Shown piece after piece: positions 26,265 to 39,360 of a stretch of DNA of 64,000 bases. Made by a program: the position numbers and the translations under genes. The stretch covers positions 73,284,001 to 73,348,000 of the forward strand of contig OZ024742.1 in NCBI GenBank assembly GCA_964016885.1, written 5' to 3'. Below the pieces are notes generated by a model. The model saw only the letters and a list, made by a program, of their open reading frames with translations. It had not been told where the DNA came from and ran no database searches. The first letter of the stretch is position 1. The number at the start of each line of letters is the position of its first letter. This DNA comes from Eledone cirrhosa (lineage: Eukaryota).

Positions 26265-26441
26265 TTAATTATGTAATAAACAACACAATATAATGATTCC
26301 ATTACCCAAGGTTTCACGAAGTTAGACAATTCTAACAGAAACGTCTGATTTCGCTCATCAGACGTTTCTGTTAGAATCGTCTAACTTCTCGAAACCTTGG
26401 GTAATGGAATCATTATATTGTGTTGTTTATTATAAAATTAA
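26265..26441. ncRNA. Long palindrome containing a hammerhead-like motif on the minus strand
   Basis: Arms of about 85 bp with a 7-nt loop; minus strand reads CTGATGA-GCGAA...TTCGT-GAAA-CC-TTG-GG-TA. Confidence 0.7.
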
Positions 26442-26559
26442 TATATATATACATGTGTGTGCATGTGCATATTGTATATTTGTGTGTGTGTGTGGTGACC
26501 ACCCAGTGAAATGAGGCATATTATTCAGACCCCCCCCCAAAAAAAAATTTTGAATTGGA

Positions 26560-27560
26560 AGACATGAACGCTGAAAGAGCCTTCAACTGACAGCATAGGG
26601 ATTTCAACAAGATAGCCTATTGAAGACTGCAGACCAGATTTGTGCTTATTGCAAGGTCCCAGCTCAACAGAAGGTGACATGATGGTTGAATAGTAATATA
26701 AATAGGGCAAATGAAGCTAACAAAATTTATTGGGAAGAGCGGAAGCAATACTAAGTAGCCAGCAAAGAGAAGCTATATGCCAGGTATACTTAGCTATGGG
26801 AGATGAAGCAAATAAGAAGTTTGTACACATTCTGAATTATGGGAGTCAGAGATGTGAGATGTTCCGGATTGCTAGACAATATGCCAGAGAAAATAGGACG
26901 TTTGTACATATTCTATAATATGAGAGTCAGAGATGTGAGATGTTCTGGATTGCTAGACAATATGCCAGAGAAAATAGTAAGTTTGTACATATTCTATGAT
27001 ATGAGAGTCAGAGATGTGAGATGTTCCGGATTGCTAGACAATATGCCAGAGAAAATAGGACGTTTGTACATATTCTATGATACAAATGAAAGTATGTCCT
27101 TTAAATTTCTTAGAAAGTTCATTAAAAGTAATTAATATATTTTGCTACTTAGGCGATATCGTAAGCGGGAGAGTAGATATACCAAAAATGTAGAAACCAG
27201 AGTGAGAACAGCATGGAAGAGATTCAGGGAATTGTTACCTCTGCTAGCAATAAAGGGCTTTTTTTCTCAGAGTGAAAGGCAGATTGCATGATGTGTGTAT
27301 TTGAACTGCCATGAAATGAAGCATGCATGCTCCGTTGAATGTGTAATGTTAGTGCGCATGAACAACGCAGCACAATAGGCTGAAAGAAAAGCTGAATATA
27401 AGAAGAATCAGATGTAATATGCAAGAGAGATGATTACACTGGTAGACATATGATGCACATGGAGAAAGACAGATGAATAAAGAAATACTAAGAACTTGAG
27501 CTGGATAGAACCTGTAAAAGAGGAAGATATGAAATGAAGTTGTGCAAAATGACCTCAAGT
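26560..27560 (+). mobile_element. Decayed RTE (BovB-like) LINE fragments with an internal 81-bp triplication
   Basis: VTWWLNS, REAICQVYLA...MFRIARQYAREN linker and FCYLGD...RVRTAWKRFRELLPLL thumb-like motifs; repeat units start at 26819, 26900, 26981 and 27062. Confidence 0.8.
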
Positions 27561-27584
27561 AATTGACTATTCATTTCATTCATT

Positions 27585-27690
27585 TTCATTTCATTTTACG
27601 TCCGCTTTTTCCTGCTTGCAAGGGTGGGACGGGAACTGATTCTGGCTTGATTTCTACAGCTGGATGCCCTTCCTAACACCAACCTCATTA
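27585..27690 (-). mobile_element. SINE 3' fragment
   Basis: Reverse complement of 5705-5810. Confidence 0.85.
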
Positions 27691-27899
27691 TAACTGGCAA
27701 CTGGCAACACACACTCACATACACACACACATAGATAGATAGATAGATATATACTGTGCATAGAGATGGGACATATATGATGTAAGACTAGAAGAAACTG
27801 TAGAGGGGTTGATGGTGTGTGGTAAACCAGGAGTAGAATGAAGAAGTAAAGTGAACAAGGTATAGAGCAGAGTAGGGTAACATTGAAGTGAACCAAGTA

Positions 27900-28790
27900 T
27901 GCTGAGAAGGAGATGAAGGTTGGAGTTGAGTAAGAGAATTGAGGAGGATAGGTGAAATAAATGAGTTTAATCAGAGAAAGAGGAGTGGAAAGGGGGGGGG
28001 GTTATATAATGAAAGAGTAGGAGAGATGTACATATAATGACATGAGATAAGGAGAGGGGTAGTTAGAGAAAGAAAGAGACAATGGAAAGATAGGGGGTAT
28101 ATAAAGATACAGGGTGGAGAGATGAGTAGATAGAAAGTGAGGGTAAATACAGAGTGACCGGTGGGGTTGAGTGCATGATAGAAGGAATATATAGAGGATA
28201 GGCTATAGAGGTGTAGTGATAGAAAGAGGATGTGAGAGGAAAGGAGGTAGAGAGGGGGGAGTGAGATGAGAGGAGGTAGAGAGGGGGGAGTGAGATGAGA
28301 GGAGGTAGACAGGGAGGGAGTGAGATGAGAGGAGGTAGACAGGGAGGGAGTGAGAAGAGAGATGGTATGAGAGAAAGAGAGGTGTGATAAGCAAGGGAGG
28401 GAAATAAATAGATAACAGATAACAAGAGAAACTAGTTTTACAGCTGAGGAATTGAAAGGAACATAATAATAATATTAGAAGTGGATGGGAGAGGGAGATA
28501 AAGAGAAAGAAAAGCCAAATGTAAAATAAGTGAGAGAGAAAAATAAGAGAGATGAGAAAAGGATGGAAAGAGTAAAGGATGAGAGAGATGTGGGAAGGAT
28601 AGAATAGGGAAAGCATGAGAGAGATGTGGGAAGGATAGAAAGAGTAAAGGATGACAGAAAATATTGAGATGAGGAAGAAAGATGATGGAGAATGGATAAA
28701 ACAGAGGAAAGGAAGATGAAATAAAGGTGAATAAATAAATAAACTGAAACGAAGAATAATGGTAAAGGAAGACTATAATAGATGAAGATA
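27900..28790. repeat. Purine-rich low-complexity tract with short tandem duplications
   Basis: GA-rich; units of about 30 bp at 28240-28355. Confidence 0.85.
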
Positions 28791-28901
28791 AATATATTGC
28801 TGAGTGTGTGTGTTGTACAGTTTAGTGTATTGTAGGTAATCTCAGTGTAAATATTGTGTTTAGCTCCAAGTTAGCCATGATCAAGCAGACCAATGTATAA
28901 T

Positions 28902-29121
28902 GATTTCTACTATAGGCACAGGGCCAGCAATTTGGGGGAGAGGGGATAGTTGATTAAATCGACCCCAGTGCATTACTGGTACTTTATCTTATCGACTCCC
29001 GTAAGGATAAAAAGCAAAGCTAACCGCGACAGGATTTGAACTCAAAATGAAAAGTGCCGTAACTCTACGTCGCGAAGCATGATGTCCAGCGCTCTACCAA
29101 ATCTGCCAATTCACTGCCCTA
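28902..29121 (-). mobile_element. Full-length tRNA-derived SINE (family A, long form) with 19-bp TSD
   Basis: TSD AAGCAGACCAATGTATAAT at 28883-28901 and 29122-29140; A box TGGCAGATTTGG and B box GAGTTCAAATCC. Confidence 0.93.
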
Positions 29122-29990
29122 AAGCAGACCAATGTATAATAAAAGACATTCTAGCTATTATTTTCAGACACAGTTCATCTATAACTATGGTTCTCACAGA
29201 CCTAGGTCATGTCCCCCCCCCCCCCCCCTCTATCTTGTGATCCCAGCTTTCCTCAATTCCACCCCTATCTTCAACCACACTCCCCCTTGTGATCCCACCC
29301 CCATTTTCAAGCCCTCTCCTCCTTGTGATCCCAGCTTTATTCAATCCCCCCCCCCCCCCATTTTCAACCACACTCTCCCTTGTGATCCCAGCTTTCCTCA
29401 ATTCGACCCACCATTTTCAATTGCCATCTCATAGTTTTTTTGTTCGTATACTTCTACAGAGTTAATTATTAAAACAATTTAATAAAGCAAATTATTAACT
29501 GCAATCAAATGAAAAATAACATTTCAATGGATCCTGTTACTAGGAAGGCCAAACACACTGAGAGCTATCAAAAGAAAATAATAACAAATTCCTTGCAACA
29601 CAAAACTTTCACTTGATTTAATGCCCACTTTGACCTGTATGCAGAGAAACTAAACTAGAGAACCAAGGAACAAATCCAGTTAGTTTGCCAACATATCCAT
29701 AACTACATTCAACCAAATATGTTGTTGGGAAAGGTGAAAACACTTGCTGAACTTCTGTTATATTTGGTAACATCTAGCAGGGTTCCAACCACATAGAGTG
29801 TTGTTTTGAAACATAAATCAGTTTCATATTGTCATCAATTTCTATGTCCATTAGCTTTTCCATCTGTTCAATACACTTTTATTCACTTGGGTTGTGATTA
29901 ATTTCCATTTTAATACTACAAAAGAAAAGATTTACCATAGTGTAGCCCACTATACCTTCTTGTTTGGAAGATACAATATATATACATATA

Positions 29991-30349
29991 CAGTTGTCCC
30001 CCTGTATTTGTGGGGATTACGTTGCTGAGCACCCACGAAGAGTGAAAAACCGCGAATATTGGATGCTTATAAACGTCAAAATATAACATAAAATATAATT
30101 AAAAAAAGGAAGCGCGTTATGCGAAGCAGCATCGAATAGGCCGGCAAATACAGTATATTGTTATTAATAGTTTAGTGTTAAAAAAATATATATTTTGCCA
30201 TGCAAAAGACATAAAAATACCACCAAGATATTTACAATTCCACGAATATGCAGTGGTTTCCACGAACAATTATTAGTTAGGTTCTAAGGAAAATTTCATG
30301 CATAACCAGGACCAAGAATGTCGGGACTGTGAATGCCGAGGGTACACTG
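29991..30349. mobile_element. Tigger/pogo-like MITE with TA TSD
   Basis: TA|CAGTTGTCCCCCTGTATTTGTGG...CTGTGAATGCCGAGGGTACACTG|TA. Confidence 0.82.
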
Positions 30350-30782
30350 TATATATATTTGCATAAAACAAAGAAATTTCCCAACAATCATATGCTAAAC
30401 ATTACAGCATAGCCACACTTTACAAATGTTTCAATACAAGTTATTTAACTAATACATATTATAACAATAAGGGAGCAATATATCGAATGTAACAAAGTAT
30501 TATCAAATATTGTACATCATAAATGTTAAAAACAATGACCTGGTGCAGAGCAAGCCCAAAGGAAAAGATAGCTGTACCTTTATATTATTACCACAAAAGA
30601 ATATTTGATTACACTTTGTTATATATATTAAATATATTTTTTCTCTTTTTTTTTTACAATATTTTACTATATCGTTATAACTTACATATTAGTAAAATTA
30701 TTTGTATTGAAACATGTGTAAGGTTATTAAATAATTTAAGAAATCCATTCTATCATTTTAATCTGTTGTATATTATGTGTCA

Positions 30783-30989
30783 CGGTGGAATGGCAGTATC
30801 GGTAGAGCGTCGGATAACATGCTTTGTGACATAGAATTACGGCCTGTTACATTCCGAGTTCAAATCCCATCGAGGTTAGCTTTGCCTTTCATCCTTACGG
30901 GGTTGATAAAATAAAGTATCAGTGATGCGCTGGGGTCAATTTAATCGACTTTCCCCTCCACCCCAAAATTGCTGGTCCATAAGAAACCA
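30783..30989 (+). mobile_element. tRNA-derived SINE (family A, long form)
   Basis: TGGCAGTATCGG A box, GAGTTCAAATCCC B box, GCCTTTCATCCTTACGGGGTTGATAAA central box. Confidence 0.9.
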
Positions 30990-31096
30990 TTATGTGCTGC
31001 TTATTTTTTCTTTTCTTAAACAACATCTTTTTTATATTTCTATTTATAATGACAAACACATTGGGCTTAAATATATTATTAATTGGCAATATTGAT

Positions 31097-31612
31097 TCAT
31101 CATCATTTAACGACCATTTTTCCATGTTAGCATGCGTTAAACGAGTTGTCCTTTTGACAAGACAGATCAGATGATCATGTCTTGCTCATACAGAATTGAT
31201 TTTACCTTGGTTGCTATGGTTGGATGCCCTTCCTAACCCCAATAACATTTACAGTGTGTCCTGGGTGCTTTTTGTCGTGTCACCTACATAACCACTTTAT
31301 AGTGTGGACTAGGCACTTTTTGTTGTGTTGATTCTCTTTTGGTTAACACTGTATATGTCGATAGTCAATCAACAAGATCCCAGATCTCATTCACTTAAAG
31401 AGTGGGGTGGAGCTCATCAATTTGGACCAAGGAAACAATGTTTCCATAAGTCTTTCCAATTGCTAATTCTATCTGTTGGTCACAGCTCCAGGCAGAAGGA
31501 GCAACGTGAAATAAAGTGTCTTACTCAAGGACATAGCGCATCGCCCAGTCTGGGAATCAAAATCACAACCTCACAATTGCGAATCCAATTCTCTAACCAC
31601 TCAGCCATGCAC
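31097..31612 (-). mobile_element. SINE head (family B, 31360-31612) and family C tail (31097-31325)
   Basis: Reverse-complement matches to 5478-5600, 63593-63800 and 7697-7972. Confidence 0.8.
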
Positions 31613-32224
31613 CTTTCATATATGTATGTAAGTATAAAGCAATAGTACTACTGATAACCCTCCACATTAACTCTGAATAGGCACATCTGACAGAACTACA
31701 AACGACAGTGACTACAACATCAATTAACAAGAACCCCAATAACAATACTATCAGCTGATCCTGCCAGGTCAGACATATATACCAATGTCCCCATTTTCCT
31801 TGAATGTCATCCAACACTTTATTCACAGAGTACAAAGTCCTATAGACCTAAACATGGAGGTCGATACATATCTGGAATTACAGTGGCTGTCTGAAATATT
31901 GCTAAATCTTTATTATCGTCTCAACTAGTCTGTAACTATTTTTAACCATGAATCTTTATTAAAAAAGACAAGTTTACATATGTGGTTTATTTTCTGGTGT
32001 TGTCCCATAATATATTTTAGACAGTCACTGACAATTCTAGATTCGTACACTCAAGCATAATGATATTGGTCTTCACGTACAGATTGTCAGTTGTTGACAA
32101 CTTGTAATAGCTACAATTATCAAATACCACCCAAACATCATATTAGCATGAGCAAGCTTTTCAAACAAGATTAAGTATGCATTTTTCTTCTTTTTTTCTT
32201 TGTGAACTGTTCATTTATTTGATG

Positions 32225-32507
32225 CACAATGTACACTATCTTTGGGTATATATTGGTATTTCATTTGTTATATACACAATATACACTGTAGTTGGGTATA
32301 TTGGTATTTCATTTGATGTACACACAATATATACTATAGCTGGGTATATTGGTACACAATGTACACTACAGTTGGGTATATATTGGTATTTCATTTGATA
32401 TATACAATGTATACTACGGTTGAGTATATATTGGTATTTCATTTGATATATACACAATATACACTATAGTTGGGTATATTGGTATTTCATTTGATGTATA
32501 CAATGTA
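32225..32507. repeat. Tandem repeat of about 45 bp, about 6 copies
   Basis: GGGTATATTGGTATTTCATTTG recurs. Confidence 0.9.
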
Positions 32508-33129
32508 TAAATAACTATTTTTTCCAGTTTTGATTCCTTCTGAATTCACCCCTCATCTGGGAACCAAGTGCCCCTGTTTGAGCATCACTGATCTACAGCT
32601 ATATTATCCTATGTATATTTCTTTATTTCTTAAGATAGTAAGGTGTGATTTAAAGAAGATACAGCTACGTTTTCTTGAAGATCAATGTAACATAGTGGAT
32701 TCCACTAAGGGTACCCAATGGCCATGTGGTGATTTTAAACTTTTCATATGTGCCAAAACGATTAAAATAATATTAGTCATTGAGTTAATATCTTTTCCTT
32801 GTGTAAGTATTTCTAATTAGTATTTTGAAGATCATTATTTAATTTGATACCAACCCACCCTGAATCGGATATGGTTCTATTAAATAAAGTCACCCATTTT
32901 AAAGGGTTCCTATTTCAATTGAAATCTTCCAACATAATCTTATGAGACATACGTTAAGTTACTACCTTAGAAATTAAATAATTAATCCTTTTTGTAAATC
33001 TTTCAAAGTTCTTCATTGGAAATACAGTCATGAATGGGTTAATTGTGGCAACATTAAATTAACTATACTAATTTCATCATTACAGCCTCAATAATTATAC
33101 CAGTATAAACGACAAAATATAGTTAATAA

Positions 33130-33700
33130 TGATTTCTAATTTAGCACAAGGCCAGAAATTTGTGGGGAGGGGAAAATCAATTATATCAACCAAAGTACTT
33201 CATTGTTACTTTATTCTATTAACCCTGGAAGAATGATATGCAAAGTTCACCATGATGGAATTTGAACTCGGAACATAATAATCTTAACTGAATGCTGCAA
33301 AACGTTTTTTGTCTGACGATCTACCGATACTGCTAATCTATCACACTGAATACATTTAATAATAGATTAGGAATGACCTGTAGCTAAACAACAAACCAGA
33401 ATAGATGAAGTTTATGGAATAAACCATCGATAGTTAGGACGGTAAGTATTCCAGTTGTTCAATCAACAGACAACCTCCTCATGAAATTACTGTGTGACTG
33501 AGCATGCCACAAACACATGTACCTTTAATGTGATTCTCAGGGAGATTCAGTATGATACAGTGGTTGGATAAGGTTGACCCATTAAATTATATGCTCAGTC
33601 CATGTAAGTTCACTCATGACCCGAAGCTATGATAAATGACATTTGCCCAAGATGGAACCTAATAACTGCAAAGTGAACTTTTTAACCATTTGACCATGCT
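33130..33700 (-). mobile_element. Two decayed SINEs (33130-33345 family A; 33425-33700 another family)
   Basis: Motifs shared with 28902-29121 and 59220-59520 respectively. Confidence 0.7.
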
Positions 33701-34779
33701 ACATTCAAATCAACACTATAGAAGTTACAAGTATAGTATATTAGTTAAACTAAATGGCCTCCTATAACTGTAGTAACAATTCTGTGACTGCTACAATAGT
33801 AGATATTACTAAAAACCAATAAGGATTTCAGGCGATAATCTGCTTTTCTAACCATCATTTATATTTGAGAGTTGGCTAGTGTAATACAGCAATAACTTTT
33901 CAATACAAGTAATACTCTTGAGAAATACATACTAGTGGTGTCAAGTCCGGACATTACTCAAACTCCTTGCAGCTTTTCTTGGACACACACTATTTAATTT
34001 TAATGTATTTCATTCATTCTGTATTCATGGTTATACTTTTGCACAAGTCACGTTTATGTTGAAGTGTTTCCGTCACAGATGTAGCTAATCTGTCGCTGCA
34101 GTTCATTGGTTATGTTCCAGTTTGTTAAACAGGAATCCGTTGATAAGTACCATAACTAATATCTTCCTTAGGCTTGCACATTGAATTCTGTTTTATTTTT
34201 GGTAACATCTATGTCAATTTTCCACATTTTCCTTACTTCATCATTTTACATATATACCAAGTAGACACAGCCATTTTTTACTGACCAAGTTTTTTAAACA
34301 TTTAGTCAAGGCGGGAAAGGTAGTACCCTCAACCCTTTATTTTTTTTAGAACTTCTTTACTGGTAGGAGGAAGGGAAGAAGTTCTCCTTAAACTGGAGAT
34401 TTCACTGGAGTGATCTCCACTAAAAGCACTCAAACACCAGATGGTGGTATTAAACCGGGCAATGGATTAAGTCTAGTACACAAAAACTGGAATAAATACT
34501 TCTAGATATCGCATCTGATGTTCTAACAATGCTGCCAATCATCGCCCTGTAATGGTATTTTATTTTATTCACTTTCAAAGGATGAAAACCAAAGTTGACC
34601 TCAATACAGAGAAGAGAGAGCTGAAACAATTTGACCAATTTGCTTGATTCTTTGTATCTCTATAGGAATGTCTTTGTTGTAACAATGCCTGTAAGCAGTG
34701 TAGATTTCCAACACTGTTATTTCAAGCTGTGGATAATCAAGACTTCTCTGAAGAATTCCATGTAGGATTAACAAACTTA

Positions 34780-36790
34780 ATTTAATTATGCCACACCAGC
34801 CTATTCTGTTCTTTGCTAAGGATTCCCAATTTCCAATATCTATATTGAGAATCTTCAGATTATCCCTAACCATATCTTTGAATTGTTTCTTTGGTTTATC
34901 ATTTGGCCCCTTTTTCTTTAAAAGCTTTCCAAATAACAATCTCTTGGGCAACCTGGTATCGTCCATTCTGATAAAATGACCAGTCCAACGCATCTGGCTG
35001 TAAACAATCAATGTTTCAATACTTTCACAACCAGCTCTCCTCTATGTAGTATCAAATATGTCCACTTAATTTGAAACCTTTCTAGCCATTTTATGTGCAT
35101 GTCCTGTACACACTTATTTTAGTTACTAGATGAAGACTCCAATTTGCTCATAGCCCTTTCTTTAGTTTTCCAAATGTTGAAGTAGCATTTTGAATTCTCT
35201 GATTGATTTTTACATCAAGTGATCCATCCTTACTAATAATTGTTTCTACTTTTGGCACAAAGCCAGCAATTACCCAGTGGTACTTTATTTTATTGACCTC
35301 GTAGGGATGAAAGGCAAAGTTAACTTCCAAGATATGTGAACCTATCTACTACATTCAGTTGTGTACTGTTTATTGCTATGTTTTGCTCAATGTGAGTCTC
35401 ACCTGGAGGAGAAGTGAACATTACTTTAGTTTTTGTGAGGTCAGTCCAAAAACATGATAAGCCATAGAAAAATGATCCATTATGACTTGCATGTCTTCTT
35501 CATTGTGTGCTACAGATCTGCATACATTAGCTCAAGGATAATGTCCTGAAAAGTTTTTGATTTAGCATGAAAGCAGCGCAAGTTAAAAAGTTTGCCAGAT
35601 GTCTGAAATCGCAAGTAAACTCACACATGGCAATCCTTAAATGCGTAGCTCAGACAGGCTGCAAAATAGATGGAGAATAGGGTTGGTGCTGATATGTCCC
35701 CCTGTTTCACACCATTTTTAATTTTGATCAACTCAAAAAGTTTACCATTAAGATTAACTCTTCCTTTCATGTCCTTGTGAAACCTCTTATACAAATTCAT
35801 GAACTCTGGAGGACAACCAAGTTTCCTGAGAATTATCCACAAAGCATCTCGATTCACAGTATCACAAGCTTTGGTAAGATCTACAAAGATCTGATACAGT
35901 GGTAGTCTATGTTCAAAGCACTTCACCTGCAATTGATGTTCAGTGAATATCATGTCCATGGTGCTGTGACCCAACCTGAACCCACACTAACTCTCTGGTA
36001 GAACCAAGGGATAACTTGATGTCTATAATCTGTTAAGCAATAACGTGGCAAGAACCTTACCAGTGGCTTCAAGCACACTGATACCATGATAATTGTTACA
36101 TATTGTTTTAGATCTCTTGCCCTTGTGCAAGGATATTATGATTGCATCTATCCAAACTTGGGGTATATCGTCACCCTCCTAAATTCATAATATCAAAGAG
36201 TAAACCTGAGAAGTAACGTCTCCTGCATATCTTCAAAAGCTCTATTGGAGTCTCATCCAGACCATGAGCCTTCCTGGTATTTATTCCCATAAATTGCTGA
36301 TTCTACTTCAGCCAGTATAGGCAAATCCATCATCTCTGTAATTACTATGCTCTGAATTTGCTGAACCTTCATGGTCCAGAAGTGTCTGTACATTCTAAGC
36401 AGTTATCTTCATTTTCACGCTATTTCTTATATATCTAAAATTTCTGTCATTTCTCCTGCATAATGAACAGCTGCCAACTGCAGGATGTTGGCCAGCTCAA
36501 ACATTGAATAGGTGATGTTTAGGTCACAATTTCTAGACCCTTCCTAGAAACTGGGTGAGCAGCACTCTCCTAGATGAGACTGCTCAGACATGCAATGCTC
36601 CATGAAGTTTATTTCTGATTGAAGACAATACAGCAATGTTAAGATAAGGAAAGTGCTGCCTCACACGTAGACTCATACCTATGTGCTTCCAACCAGTTAA
36701 GTCTGTACATGACAGCAATCCATCATCGCTGGACTTTTGAAGAGGTATCTGCAATATAAGATCTTGATGAAATGTCTTGTTACACACATA
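34780..36790 (-). mobile_element. Decayed RTE-BovB-type LINE interrupted by a SINE fragment (about 35238-35328)
   Basis: RT motifs STMDMIF, FVDLTKACDTVNRDALW, NGVKQGDISAPTLFSIYF; C-terminal QMRWTGHFIRMDDTRLPKRLLFG. 5' boundary approximate. Confidence 0.93.
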
Positions 36791-37236
36791 ACACCCTCAG
36801 AGTCAATACAACTATATACTAGTGACAAGCTTATAAGCAAGATAACTAGAAAGCTGTATTGACTGCAGATGAGTTATTCTGTGCAAGGCACCAAGTTAGA
36901 ATTTCAAGATTCTGCAGCAATTATTTTCCTAAAATAGTACACACATTTAGGTGGACCACATTAAGAAAGACCAGGTTTTGATGACTTGAGCTTTCCATTT
37001 CATTAATGAAGGCTGGTGAATCAGGAATGTCTGTGATGGTCTTTGCTCATACATAAAGCTTCAAAACAACAAGACATCCCCAAACATCACAGACACCTAA
37101 GGCATATACATAAAAAATGACAAAAAAAAGTTAAAATGTATATAAAAAGTATATATATATAAAATATATCTATGAACGCACACAAGAATACATACATATG
37201 TACTTGCTATTTGGATACACACACAAAATAAAAACC

Positions 37237-37285
37237 TAGTGACTGAGGAGGTCACAGAATGTGTGACGAAAGAGCTTTAACAATA
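37237..37285 (+). ncRNA. Minimal hammerhead-like motif
   Basis: CTGAGGA-G-GTCACA-GAATG-TGTGAC-GAAA-GAGCTT-TA; 6-bp stem II, near-palindromic stem III, decayed stem I. Confidence 0.6.
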
Positions 37286-37484
37286 TATAAACAACCTTCC
37301 AATTATTGAATCAATCAACCAACCAACTGGAAACTTATAATAAATTGAAGTGAAAACCAACAGGTGCATGTTTTTATTGGCAACATGACCCTCCCAAAGT
37401 ATAACAATATCTGTTTCAACACGTTTTCAGATAAGAAATCTGGCAAAACAAATTCAAAAACGAATTATATATATATGTAAATGT

Positions 37485-37642
37485 GTTGTAAATGTGGTTG
37501 GTGTTAGGAAGGGCATCCAACTGTAGAAAACCCGCCAGACAGTCCTATGCGAGCAAGACAACCACTCTTGCCTCAAGTGGGAAAACCCCATGCAAGCGTG
37601 GAACGCGGACGCTAAACCTGATGATGATGATGATGATGATGA
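37485..37642 (+). mobile_element. SINE 3' part (family C) with (GAT)n tail
   Basis: Matches 42770-42930. Confidence 0.85.
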
Positions 37643-39144
37643 TATAACACTAGGTATAAGAGAAGATTTTGCAATTAATTTATAAGCTGAGGGCCATGCG
37701 GATATTACTATGCTGTTTTAGCATCTCTACTGAAGATTGCATGGGAAATCTGCTTGGACAGGATTTGAACTCAGATGAACAAGATAACAAACAAGATACT
37801 ACCAGATCAGTATAGAAATAATAACTAGTGACAGAGTACACTCCAGTTAGTGTGTCCTGATCTCGTCCTTACTGTTGCATCTGGTGACAATGAAGAGGGT
37901 AGTTACAGCAGTAGGAGAGTTCTAGTGAATGTAGACATGGATATATTAGAAAAGTTGTGGTAAAGGGGGTGCTTGCTGGTGGTGGTGGTGGGAAATTTGG
38001 AGATGTGGCCAAGTAGGAGAGGAAGTGATATAAAGGGATAGTTGTAGTGAGAGTTAAGGAAATGAATAGGAGATAGAGTAGTAGTAAGAGCAAGAAATAT
38101 AAAAAATAAAGGGAGTAGTATTTGGGTGTGTTGGATAGGTGGGGAATATTGAGTGTTGGTGAGAAGTGGTGTGAGGAGGGGCAATATAAAAAAAAAAGGA
38201 GTGAGAGTGGTAGCAAAATATAGTTTGAGGTATGAGGAGACAACTGTAGTATTAGATATAGTACAGCTGTGGTGGTAGTAGTAGTACTGCTACATTTGGA
38301 GATGGTAGAGGGGCGTAAAGGAGTAATGTGACGATGGCATTAAAGTAAGAGATACAGAGTATGATGATGATGATGGCGGTTAAAACAGGAATTAAAATGG
38401 TTTATATTAAAGGAAGAAGAGTGAAAGACATGTTACACTGGGGTGAGGGTGAAGAGAGAGTAAAATGTATTACACCGGTGTAGAGAAAGAAAGAATGATG
38501 AGTGTTACTCCATCTGGAGTGAAAGAGAGTCAAATGTTCAGGTGAGCCCAGATTAAACACTCTCAACCATGGTCAATGCCATCTTTTTGATCAGGCACAG
38601 TATACATATCAGATTACATTTTCGAATGTGTTGTTTTAAAGATTAGGATATTTAACTGCTCTTTCTAGCGGATCGAGAGAACACATGAGGCGTTATCGTT
38701 CCCGTTGACTCAGTTGAGAAAGACATGTTACTCCAGGGTGATGAGAGATAGATGTGTTAGTTCGGGGTGGTGAGAGAGAGATATATGGGTTATTCCAGGG
38801 TGGAGAGAAAGATGTGTTAGTTCGGGGTGATGTGAGAGAGATAGGTGTGTTACTCCGAGGGTGGAGGGGGGATAAGATATATTACAGTCGTAACAAAGAT
38901 CTACTACTACTGCTATATAAAAACAGCACCGGCCATAAATATATACTACTACACCAACTATTACTAATGTAATCTGAAAGCAGCCGCCATACACCAAGTC
39001 TACCTACTACTACTACTATAACGACGTTTTAATACATATATATATATATATAATCAGTAACTGAAAAATCAGCAACAGAATGTTCCACTACCACCACACA
39101 CGCCAACTTTGACTTCGTCATAAACAAGAGTCGCTGCAACAAAG

Positions 39145-39360
39145 TATAAAATCCACCATTACTACACTACCACCACTACTACTACACCACCATTACTACT
39201 ACTACTACTACTACAAGAATTCCAACCAGCTTCACCACCATTACTACTACAAACATACCACCACCACTATTACAGCCGCTCCTCCTCCGCTACTATTACT
39301 ACAGCCACACCACAACTACTACTACAGCGGTACCGGTACCGCCACCGCCATCATTACAGT
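39145..39360. repeat. (ACT/ACC)n triplet low-complexity tract
   Basis: Directly visible. Confidence 0.9.

Noticed and set aside
33933-34440. hAT element with a dimerisation-domain remnant
   Set aside because: Left end looks hAT-like, but the right TIR, TSD and peptide similarity are too weak to call.
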